18,386 nucleotides of DNA, from the NCBI GenBank assembly GCA_031425655.1, contig JANPJS010000303.1, forward strand, positions 1 through 18,386. Reading direction: 5' to 3'. A model generated the notes under the pieces. That model had not been told where the DNA came from. It ran no database searches and was given only the letters and a program-made list of their open reading frames with translations. Both the position numbers and the translations under genes were made by a program. This document shows positions 1 to 7,565 of the stretch, one piece after another. Every line of letters begins with the position of its first letter. Within the stretch, counting starts at the first letter, position 1. The DNA comes from Abditibacteriaceae bacterium (GTDB lineage: Bacteria > Armatimonadota > Abditibacteriia > Abditibacteriales > Abditibacteriaceae).

Positions 1-123
1 ATCGCAACCCATCTCAATCACTTCGCACTCAAAGCCAAACTTTATCAAGCGGCCCTCCAAACCGCCTTTCGACAACTCAACGAACTCAAATCCAACCACG
101 CAGCGGCCTCTATCACAGCCTGA
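1..123 (+). mobile_element. 3' end of a probable IS701-family DDE transposase (partial, runs off the window)
   Basis: Frame 1 reads IATHLNHFALKAKLYQAALQTAFRQLNELKSNHAAASITA*. LNHFALKxKLYxxALxxAFxxL resembles the C-terminus I recall for IS701-family transposases. It is followed immediately by GCGTAAGGTGAG. Confidence 0.6.
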
Positions 124-125
124 CC

Positions 126-137
126 GCGTAAGGTGAG
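126..137. mobile_element. Candidate right terminal inverted repeat of the IS701-like element
   Basis: GCGTAAGGTGAG lies 2 nt after the transposase stop and resembles GCGTAA-N-NTGAG ends recalled for this group. The partner end is outside the window. Confidence 0.4.
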
Positions 138-142
138 TTACA

Positions 143-219
143 AAGTCCGCCTTCGCGGACTAAATTTCGAGTCCGCGCAGGCGGACTTCGTAGCGGTAGC
201 CCCCGATTTCAATCGGGGG
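143..219. repeat. REP-like palindrome cluster
   Basis: AGTCCGC-CTTC-GCGGACT (144-161) and AGTCCGC-GCAG-GCGGACT (170-187) are each hairpins and are also inverted copies of each other (1 mismatch over 19 nt). They are followed by GTAG + CCCCCGATT-TC-AATCGGGGG (196-219), the GTAG+hairpin architecture of REP elements. Confidence 0.75.
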
Positions 220-253
220 AGCGAGTGGACGATGCCTTAAGTTGATGCCTATG

Positions 254-545
254 GGTTCGTCTTTGACCAATCCCTCTGCGATTATGGCCTTGTTTCAGCG
301 GCAAATCGGCACGGTGTTTAGGCCCACGACTTTGAGTGAAAACCATATTGCTTTGGCGGTGCAACTGGCGCAAAAACTCTTTGCGCGGTTATGATGCGGT
401 GCAATTGGCGGTTGCTCTGGCATTGCAGGTTGAGCGCAGTTTGGATCGTTTAGCGCCGCTCACCTTCGTTTCCGCCGATAACGAACTGCTGGCCGCGGCG
501 CGGGTAAAAGGCCTCTTTGTGGATAATCCAAATCTGCATCCGTAA
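254..545 (+). pseudogene. vapC: PIN-domain (VapC-like) toxin remnant, 5'-truncated and frameshifted
   Basis: The C-terminal LRGYDAVQLAVAL...LTFVSADNELLAAAR...VDNP is a PIN/VapC signature (frame 3). The preceding PIN-like segment GSSLTNPSAIMALFQRQIGTVFRPTTLSENHIALAVQLAQK is in frame 2 (254-376), with the shift at the A5 run 372-376. The N-terminal DTS/A motif is absent. Confidence 0.75.
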
Positions 546-592
546 AGCAAAACTGGAACAGGAAAGCGAAATCGCTTTCCTGTTTTTGCTTT
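544..592. terminator. Bidirectional intrinsic terminator between convergent genes
   Basis: AACAGGAAAGCGA (557-569) and TCGCTTTCCTGTT (572-584) form a perfect inverted repeat, with A-rich and T-rich flanks (AAAGCAAAA...TTTTGCTTT). Confidence 0.8.
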
Positions 593-599
593 GCCAATT

Positions 600-2366
600 T
601 CACTCAATCGCCGCGTCCAGCGTGTCTGCGAGGCGCTCGTGCGACCACAGCGGCGTAAACGTGTGATCCGGCCCGGCGATGCTCTCGATGGTTAATCGTC
701 CTGATTTTACAAGGCGCGCTACCGCTGGGCCGCCTTGTTCGTGTAAAAGCGCAAGGCCGGGGTCGCCCTCGGCGAAGACGAAGTGAAGCGCGGTGCCACG
801 GCGGGCCAGAGATTCCAATTGGGCGCCGAGATCGTCGCGCGAGGTGTAGCCGACGCGCCGGGCGGTGTTTGATATTCTTCGAGTCGCTGCGCCGACGCCG
901 CGCCGCGCTACGACTCCGACTACCGTAGCCATATTCGTTTCGCCGCGCAAAAGTCGCTTCCATTTGTCGCCTTGCAGCATAGACTGTCTGTAACGCGCCG
1001 CTTCGGAGATGTCATGGCTCGCCGGCAAATCCAGCGACGTGCCCGGCTTCCAACGAAAGGTCAGAGGATTGATAAAGACGATGTCGTCCACTAATGCGCC
1101 GGCCAAAGCAGCCTGAAAAGCGTGGTATCCGCCGGAACACAAACCGGCTACGCGGCAAGTTTCGACGCCCCATTTTTTTTGCAAATAGTTAATCGCCGTG
1201 CTGATGTCGCTGGCAGCGCGCGGCGGATAAACGATGTGCTCCGCTTCGCCGGTGTGCGGCAGACTGTCGCCAATGCCGGCGATGTCGAAGCGCAGCACCA
1301 GATAACCGCGCTCGGCCCAGCGTCGCGCCAATTTCACATAAAGGCGATTCGGCCCGACGCGATGGTTGGCGCCGGCATTGACTAAAACAATCGCGCGTTT
1401 GGGCTGTCCGCCTTGCGGCACGCTAACAATGCCGAAAAGTCGCTTTTCATCGTCCAAAAATACGGCGTGTTCCTGAACTGCGCCAATAACGGCAGAACCC
1501 CGCGTGCCCAGAAGTCGCCCGCCTTTAGTAAGGGGGCTTGGTGGTTCTGCCTCGCCGGAGTGTTCAATCTGCGCGCAAAGCCAGTCGGTTATCGCCTCGA
1601 TCATAGCGTCGGGCACATGGGAATTGTGCGGGTCTTGCATCATGTCCGCGTAGCCGGGCAGTGTGCGCTGGTCAACCTGCGCGCCGAGAAACTCGAAGTG
1701 CGCCGCCAAACGCGCGCTGCCGGGCAAATCGTCGCGGTCGAGCAGCAAAACACAAGAGGCGGGGCGTTTTTCGAGACTCGTTAAATCAACTTCAGATAAA
1801 GCCGCGATAGTTTCGGCGGAAAGCAAAAATCCGACAGCTTCGCGGGCGCCGTCCGGCAACGGAGAAGCGCTGTGCGGCGGCTCATTCAAAGCTAACGCAC
1901 CGTGCAGCGCCCGCATTTCACGCAGCCACGCTTTGCCGGTCACGACGGGCGCGATTAAGGCCAAACCGCATACGTCATCGCGCTTACTTGCGGCTAACGC
2001 GGCCAAAAGAGCGCCCAAACGCACGCCCAAAAGCGCCACGCGCGTCACGCCGGTGGCTTCTCGCAGAAGTTCGACAGCGCGATGAATGCTGTTTATCCAA
2101 ACCGCGAGACGTTCGGAATCGGTATCATCGCCGCCCGAATCGCCGGTGCCGTCGAAGTCGAAGCGCAGGGCGGAAATGCCGATAGCAGCCGACGATTCGG
2201 CGAAATGGCGCAGGCTGCGGTGAATGTTTTGCGCCTCGTGGCCAAACGGGTTGCAAATGACCAAACCCAAGTCGCCATGCGGCGCGGCAGCGCGATGCAG
2301 CCAGCCGAAAATCGGACGCTCTGATGGCCCGAAAAAGTGTGGCTCGGCACGAGGTGAGGTAGTCAT
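600..2366 (-). CDS. Tandem (two-domain) alpha/beta-hydrolase-fold protein resembling a fusion of exosortase-A-system hydrolases 2 and 1
   Basis: 588 aa. Domain 1 has RFDFDGTGDSGG and elbow GVRLG. Domain 2 has HRVGPNRLYV, RFDIAGIGDS, elbow GLCSG and a C-terminal GPDHTF. Its start overlaps the GH2 stop (ATGA). Confidence 0.85.
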   Translation of the reverse strand: MTTSPRAEPHFFGPSERPIFGWLHRAAAPHGDLGLVICNPFGHEAQNIHRSLRHFAESSAAIGISALRFDFDGTGDSGGDDTDSERLAVWINSIHRAVELLREATGVTRVALLGVRLGALLAALAASKRDDVCGLALIAPVVTGKAWLREMRALHGALALNEPPHSASPLPDGAREAVGFLLSAETIAALSEVDLTSLEKRPASCVLLLDRDDLPGSARLAAHFEFLGAQVDQRTLPGYADMMQDPHNSHVPDAMIEAITDWLCAQIEHSGEAEPPSPLTKGGRLLGTRGSAVIGAVQEHAVFLDDEKRLFGIVSVPQGGQPKRAIVLVNAGANHRVGPNRLYVKLARRWAERGYLVLRFDIAGIGDSLPHTGEAEHIVYPPRAASDISTAINYLQKKWGVETCRVAGLCSGGYHAFQAALAGALVDDIVFINPLTFRWKPGTSLDLPASHDISEAARYRQSMLQGDKWKRLLRGETNMATVVGVVARRGVGAATRRISNTARRVGYTSRDDLGAQLESLARRGTALHFVFAEGDPGLALLHEQGGPAVARLVKSGRLTIESIAGPDHTFTPLWSHERLADTLDAAIE

Positions 2367-4897
2367 GGCAGCGTTGCGATGGGAATCGCAGTGTCACTGT
2401 TTAAAGCATACAAATTGCCAACCGGAGCGTTTTTTGCGGAAGTGTGAGGCCGCAAAACGATGTCGCGCACGCCGCCCGGCGCAAGGTGAAAATAGTTGTC
2501 GGCGACATCGAATCCGGCGACATCCACAAAGACCGACTGCGCGAAAACGCGGCTTTCGGCTCGCAGCATCCAATTTCCGTTCTCCAAAGGCCGCGCTTCG
2601 GCACTCAGGCCCAGATCGTGTCGTCTCGCAGAGGGCAAACCGAGCGGAAAATGGAAAAATTGGCTTCGTAGTGCGCCATCGCTATCGCGCAGGCCGGCCA
2701 CAACTACATCGTGCGACGGCGGGCCAAAACGATAAGCGTAGCTTGTATCCACGAAATGATTGAGCAGTTCTCCGGCGTTGATTTCAATGGTTTCGTGCGC
2801 TGCCAAAGTCATTTTTCGATGCCCGCCGCCGACGGGAATTTCGCCGTCACGGTAAAAAGCGATTTCGATTTCGCTGTCGAGCGCTTCGGGCCGTTCGTTG
2901 ACTAAGTGCAACGCCAGCCCGCTTTGCCCTTCGTCGCTGATAAAAACCGCGAGCGGCGCGAAAGCACGCCGCAAATAATGCCACGCGGCTTTCGGCGCTC
3001 CGTCCGCATCCACCACGCCCCAGCCGGCGCCGGGCCACAAATCGCGCAAAAACCAGATCAAAGCGCCGCGTGTGCGCGAGTTTTCGCGGCGCCATTCCGC
3101 GAAAACTGCCGCCATCACTTCGCCTGTTACCACGCGGCTCAGTTCTAAATAGCGGTCGTGAGCGGTCGAACGCAGCGCGACGGGATCGAGGCCAAAAAGC
3201 TGTTTTAAGTAATGGTCGCGCACATCGTCGAAATCCCAACTGGCTCCCAAATCGCGCGGACTGCGCGCTTTCCAATTGGCCGAATGCGCTTTTGTAGCCA
3301 GTCCGCCGGGCAAAGCTGCGAGTCCACTTTCGCCGGGAATGTTGGCGAAAGCGAGGCATTCGCTGGCGAAACGCACGTCGGCGCGGCGCGCGTCATTGAG
3401 CGGGCGCAAATAAGCGCCGACGCCGTAATACGAAGTCGTGCCGCTGTCCGCCTGATGCGGAAACGCGCCGCCATGCGCCGACGACGGCCAATAGGGAACA
3501 TCGGGGCAGAGTTCGCGCGCCAGTTGGGGCAAAATTTCGTGAAACAAGCGCGGCTGCCACAATTCGCGCGCTGCGCCCCACATCGCGGCCTGCTGCTCGA
3601 CTTCGCTGTTGCCGCACAGAACGGCTAAGCTGGGCCGTCCAGTTAATCGCGCAAGCAATTGGCGCGCTTCTGCGCCGACGGTTTCGATGAAACTTTCGTC
3701 ATTGGGATAATCAAGATTGGCGAACAGAAAATCGTGCCAAATTAGAATTCCCTGACGGTCGCAGGCGTCGTAAAACGCATCGCTTTCATCTACCAACGCG
3801 CCGGAAAGCCGCAGCATATTCATGCCGCAATCGCGCGCCTGCGCGACAGCGTTTTCGATAGATTCAGGCGAAGCGCCCAGCGAAACCACATCCAACGGAG
3901 TCCAGCACGCGCCGCGACAAAATATCGCTTCGCCATTGACGCTGAGCGCGAAATCGCCGTCGTCGGTGTTTAATTGCAGCGTGCGAAAGCCGATTTCGCC
4001 TAAATCCACCTCGCAAACGCCCGCCGCGTGCTGCACCCGCAATCGCGCGCTATAAAGCGCCGGTTCGCCGTGCGTGTGCGGCCACCAAAGCTTGACATTC
4101 GGCACGATTAAGCTGCCGATTGCTCGATTTCCGTCAAAATTCAGCGCGTTTTTCCACACTTGGCTGCCGCGCTTCAAAACGATTTCGACACCGCTGATTT
4201 TGGTGTCGGCGAAAGTTGCAATGCGCGCCGCAATTTCGAGGTGGCCTTCGTTTGCGTTCACGCGCGCCGTCAATTTGGCCTCGTCAACGTGCAAAATGGC
4301 GCGGCGTTCAACACGGATTTCACGCCACGGCCCGACGACGGCGGCGGGCGGCGACCAGCCGGGCGTGCGCCCCAAAAGCGTAGTGCGCCACCAGCGAAGC
4401 TGCTGGTTTTCCACCATCGGCGCCCGCCAGCGCGGACGCGGGCGGCGCTGCGTCAAAAGTGGGTCTAACGCGCGAAAAACGATGGCCAATTCGCAGTCGT
4501 TGAGAAGTCGAGCGCCGAGCGGAATTTCGTGCGCGAGAAACATATTTTGGCTTGACAGCAAGAGTTCGCCGTCGAGCCAAACTTCGGCGACGGTCGCTAA
4601 ACCATCGAGACAGAGAACCCGTTCTGCGCCGGGCGCGGCAGGAGGAAAAGTGAGGCGCGTCCGATACCAAACGTCTTCGGCGTCGAAACGGCGCGGCGGC
4701 CCGTCGAGGCTCCACGCGCCGGCAGCGCGCAGCGTTGAAGCGGCAGTCGAAGGAACAGTTGCCGGCATCCACGAAAGCGTTGCATTCGCCAATTCACGCG
4801 GATGGCTAATCAAACCCGGCGCGGTCAGGCACATGGCCCAATTCGACACGAGGCGCGTCGTTTCATGCCCGCTGATGCTGCGCACGCGGCCACGCAT
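2363..4897 (-). CDS. Glycoside hydrolase family 2, beta-mannosidase-like, no signal peptide
   Basis: 844 aa. Motifs: LDGLATVAEVWLDG..SQNMF, LWWPHTHGEPALY, IGFRT, VNGEAIFCRGACW, GMNMLR, FYDACDRQGILIWHDF, LCGNSE (acid/base), YWPSS, RFASE (nucleophile) and DNYFHLAPG. Confidence 0.9.
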   Translation of the reverse strand: MRGRVRSISGHETTRLVSNWAMCLTAPGLISHPRELANATLSWMPATVPSTAASTLRAAGAWSLDGPPRRFDAEDVWYRTRLTFPPAAPGAERVLCLDGLATVAEVWLDGELLLSSQNMFLAHEIPLGARLLNDCELAIVFRALDPLLTQRRPRPRWRAPMVENQQLRWWRTTLLGRTPGWSPPAAVVGPWREIRVERRAILHVDEAKLTARVNANEGHLEIAARIATFADTKISGVEIVLKRGSQVWKNALNFDGNRAIGSLIVPNVKLWWPHTHGEPALYSARLRVQHAAGVCEVDLGEIGFRTLQLNTDDGDFALSVNGEAIFCRGACWTPLDVVSLGASPESIENAVAQARDCGMNMLRLSGALVDESDAFYDACDRQGILIWHDFLFANLDYPNDESFIETVGAEARQLLARLTGRPSLAVLCGNSEVEQQAAMWGAARELWQPRLFHEILPQLARELCPDVPYWPSSAHGGAFPHQADSGTTSYYGVGAYLRPLNDARRADVRFASECLAFANIPGESGLAALPGGLATKAHSANWKARSPRDLGASWDFDDVRDHYLKQLFGLDPVALRSTAHDRYLELSRVVTGEVMAAVFAEWRRENSRTRGALIWFLRDLWPGAGWGVVDADGAPKAAWHYLRRAFAPLAVFISDEGQSGLALHLVNERPEALDSEIEIAFYRDGEIPVGGGHRKMTLAAHETIEINAGELLNHFVDTSYAYRFGPPSHDVVVAGLRDSDGALRSQFFHFPLGLPSARRHDLGLSAEARPLENGNWMLRAESRVFAQSVFVDVAGFDVADNYFHLAPGGVRDIVLRPHTSAKNAPVGNLYALNSDTAIPIATLP

Positions 4898-4899
4898 GA

Positions 4900-5163
4900 T
4901 TAATCGCCCGTCAGTTCGCCGATGGCCGCGCGAATCGCCGCGATACTGCCGAAACTGCTGCGTTTGAGCATATGATCGGGGAATTCCACGTCGAATTCGC
5001 CTTCGAGGGCCAACATCACATTCACGCTGGCGTGCGAAGTCATGCCGGCCTGATATAAATCGGCGTTCGCGGGCAAGGCGTTGGCGTCCTGCGCGAGGCG
5101 CCCGTGTTGGCCCAAAATGCGGCGGATGATCTCAGTTTTAGCGTCGTTGTTCGATTCGCTCAT
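4900..5163 (-). CDS. Acyl/aminoacyl carrier protein
   Basis: 87 aa with DLYQAGMTSHASVNVMLALEGEFDVEFPD. The phosphopantetheine Ser is in a GMTSH variant motif and helix II has LE..F. Confidence 0.92.
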   Translation of the reverse strand: MSESNNDAKTEIIRRILGQHGRLAQDANALPANADLYQAGMTSHASVNVMLALEGEFDVEFPDHMLKRSSFGSIAAIRAAIGELTGD

Positions 5164-5166
5164 GGT

Positions 5167-5547
5167 TCATTTTCCAATTTGTGTCACGACCACGGCGGTC
5201 GCATAATCGCCGTCGTGGCTGAGGCTGAGCGCCAGTTCCGCGCCTTTCGCGCGGGCCGCGGCGATGCCGTGCAATGACAAAAAGCAAGCGCCGGACGGCT
5301 GGCGGCAAACTTCGATATGCCGCCAGTTTACGCCACAATCCACTAAGTTCAGCGCCTTGATCGTGGCTTCTTTGGCCGCGAAACGGGCGGCGAGGCGCGC
5401 ATGAGTATGCGGCGGCGAAGCGACGGCATAAGCGATTTCCTGCTCGGTGAAAACGCGCCGCAAAAAGCGGTCGCCGAAAGTGTGCAACGATTCGGCGATA
5501 CGGCTGATTTGCACCAAGTCAACGCCCACGCGCAGCGTTCCCTTCAT
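5167..5547 (-). CDS. acpS: Holo-[acyl-carrier-protein] synthase (AcpS-type phosphopantetheinyl transferase)
   Basis: 126 aa from ATG 5547, which overlaps the DUF1839 stop (ATGA). Motifs: VGVDLV, RF..RVFT..E, LAARFAAKEATIKAL and LSLSHDGDYATAVVV. Confidence 0.93.
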   Translation of the reverse strand: MKGTLRVGVDLVQISRIAESLHTFGDRFLRRVFTEQEIAYAVASPPHTHARLAARFAAKEATIKALNLVDCGVNWRHIEVCRQPSGACFLSLHGIAAARAKGAELALSLSHDGDYATAVVVTQIGK

Positions 5548-6560
5548 GACGTTCTTTCCAATTCGTGAGCGATAATCGCCATGCCGTTTTCCCACGCCGC
5601 GCTCATTTCGCCAAAAAGCGCCGATGCATCGAGTGGGCGTTTGGTATTCACGGCCCGCGCGATTTTAAGAATAAATGCTTTAGCGCTGCCGCTGACTTGC
5701 TCGAAATTGTTCGCCGCCGGTTCGAGGCCGTTTATCGCGCCGTGTTCTTCGAGCCAGCGCAAATGCTGCGCAAGCAACTCCGTTGCGGCGCCGAGTTGGC
5801 GCAAAGTAGCGAAGGCCCAGCCGTGATAAAACGCTAATCCGCGCTCCTGAATCATCGGCAAATCGCGCTCAAATCGTTCGTGAAAGCGCGCTACGGGATT
5901 ACTCAGCGGGCGATGCGCCATGTGCTTTTTCAACAGTTCGCGCGACGCTAATGCCAATTCGCGCGGCGCACGGCGCACAACGCGGTCGGCGCGAATCAGT
6001 TCGGCGAAAAGCGGCAAGGCGTCGGGATTTGCGGTCTGGTCAAGGCCAAAAATGCGCGCGAAATCTTCGCCTTCGAGCCGGTGATAACCGGCGTTGTGAA
6101 AATAGCCCAACCGTCGCGCCGCGACATCGAGTTCGACGAAAACGATGGTGGTTTTAACGTGGTTGGTGCGATAATCGGTGCCCGCAGTGTCGGGCAGCCA
6201 GAACGAATCCACTTCCGAAGCGAGTAATTTGCCGTCCGAGAGATGCTCGGCGGCGTGGTCGAGCAGCGGGCGCCAGACGTTGAGTTCCTGCACGTCAATT
6301 CCGAAAAGCTCGCGCAAATCTTCGAGCGGCGGCTTGAAAAACGTCCACTGATCGCCCTCGAAATCAATCGCGGCAGTGAAACTGAGTGCGGCCAGCGGTT
6401 CGAGGCGCAGCGCGTGCAAAATCTCGATCCAGATGTCTATGTAGCAATTTTTCTCAACCCAAACGGCGTCTTCGGAGTGCAAACGATGCGGCTTATAAAG
6501 GGCCGAATCGAAGCCGGGCAGGGCATTAATTGGCCCGGCGAGCGCGCTGGCTTCAATCAC
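5544..6560 (-). CDS. DUF1839-family protein, putative papain-like Cys-His acyltransferase
   Basis: 338 aa from GTG 6560, which overlaps the ligase stop (GTGA). Motifs: W.EKNCYIDIWIE, DFEGDQWTFFKP, EVDSFWLPDTAGTDY..NHVKTTI, GYFHNAGY and FATLRQLGA. The family is recalled from its association with aa:CP ligase loci. Confidence 0.8.
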   Translation of the reverse strand: MIEASALAGPINALPGFDSALYKPHRLHSEDAVWVEKNCYIDIWIEILHALRLEPLAALSFTAAIDFEGDQWTFFKPPLEDLRELFGIDVQELNVWRPLLDHAAEHLSDGKLLASEVDSFWLPDTAGTDYRTNHVKTTIVFVELDVAARRLGYFHNAGYHRLEGEDFARIFGLDQTANPDALPLFAELIRADRVVRRAPRELALASRELLKKHMAHRPLSNPVARFHERFERDLPMIQERGLAFYHGWAFATLRQLGAATELLAQHLRWLEEHGAINGLEPAANNFEQVSGSAKAFILKIARAVNTKRPLDASALFGEMSAAWENGMAIIAHELERTS

Positions 6561-7465
6561 GGCCACAACCTTTCGCGCACGCTTGCCGGCCATGCATCAA
6601 TCTCAAAACCGTGCGCTTTGAACAATGCCATAACCATGCGCTCCATGCCGAAACCCAAGCAGGCCGTGTGCGCCACAGCGCCATCATTTGTGCGAATGTC
6701 AAACGCTGCGGCGAACTTATCCTGATGATAATTGAACGAGCAAAGCGCAGTCGGTTCTTCTAAGGAAATCACGGGCACAAGGACTTCAAATTTGAGCTTT
6801 TGCTCGACTTGCCCGGCGGCCATCATCTTGCCGCCGCGTCCGAAAAACGGGTCGGCGGCCACGTTGGAAGTGGCCGGCAATTCGAGCGCCAGCAGAAAAT
6901 CAACGCCGCGTTCCAGCCATGTATCACGCCATGCTACAACCTCATTGGGCGAACCCAGACGAATATATTCGCGCACACGAAAAGCCTGCATTCGCGTCGG
7001 TTCTTCGGACGGCTCGTGCCGATAAACCCAGCCGACAATCGTGACCAGCCGCCCGCCTTCGGGCAGCGTGCCGGCGCAAACCGGATACACCGGATAGCAC
7101 GCGGCAGGAGTCAGCATGACATCGGTCATGCCGAGCATTTCGGCGTAAGGCTGGCCCGCTTTGGCGCGTTCGCCCAGTTCGCGCGCCTGCAATTCCTTGC
7201 CGTAAAAGCTATGCACGCAGCCGGCGAGATGCGGAAACGAGTCCATGTAGCCGGTGCGCTCGATAATGCTGCGATTCACGATGGGCGGGAAACTCATCGT
7301 CTCGGCGCCGTCGTTTTCGGCCAAACGCATAATGGCCTGATCCAAACGCTCCAGCACGTCCTCGAAAACCGGCCCGCGTCCGAACGCGCCCAGCACGCCG
7401 ACCGGAATAATCAAGCCGTGCGCCACCAGTTCGGCATAAAATTCGGGAATATCGTAAGTTGGCAT
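6557..7465 (-). CDS. Amino acid--[acyl-carrier-protein] ligase (class II SerRS catalytic-domain homologue)
   Basis: 302 aa from ATG 7465, with no tRNA-binding domain. Motifs: motif 1 FPP..GYMDSFPHL, PAACYP, motif 2 YRHEPS..RMQAFRVREY, A.DPFFGRGG, KFE, SFNYH and motif 3 HTACLGFGMER. The Cys/Glu/Cys Zn ligands are present. Confidence 0.92.
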   Translation of the reverse strand: MPTYDIPEFYAELVAHGLIIPVGVLGAFGRGPVFEDVLERLDQAIMRLAENDGAETMSFPPIVNRSIIERTGYMDSFPHLAGCVHSFYGKELQARELGERAKAGQPYAEMLGMTDVMLTPAACYPVYPVCAGTLPEGGRLVTIVGWVYRHEPSEEPTRMQAFRVREYIRLGSPNEVVAWRDTWLERGVDFLLALELPATSNVAADPFFGRGGKMMAAGQVEQKLKFEVLVPVISLEEPTALCSFNYHQDKFAAAFDIRTNDGAVAHTACLGFGMERMVMALFKAHGFEIDAWPASVRERLWP

Positions 7466-7477
7466 GGCTTTAGGATT

Positions 7478-7560
7478 ATTAACCGCCAAGACGCCAAGAA
7501 CACATCAGAGAAATCTTCAAAATTGATTTTCTTGGCGCCCTTGGCGTCTTGGCGGTTAAT
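7478..7560. repeat. Intergenic palindromic element with perfect 21-bp arms
   Basis: ATTAACCGCCAAGACGCCAAG (7478-7498) and its exact reverse complement (7540-7560), built from CGCCAAG/CTTGGCG units. An extra CTTGGCG copy lies at 7531-7537. Confidence 0.85.
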
Positions 7561-7565
7561 GAAAT

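Noticed and set aside
336..545. Intact 69-aa protein starting at GTG 336
   Set aside because: The first 13 residues are out-of-frame sequence. PIN similarity continues upstream in another frame, so this is a pseudogene fragment.
4074..4967. 297-aa plus-strand ORF (also 6800-7579 and the many other ORFs within 600-8741)
   Set aside because: These are antisense or alternate-frame shadows of well-supported high-GC genes, with no recognisable motifs.
6557..7465. Housekeeping seryl-tRNA synthetase (serS)
   Set aside because: Only ~300 aa with no tRNA-binding domain, and the carrier-protein operon context points to an aa:CP ligase.
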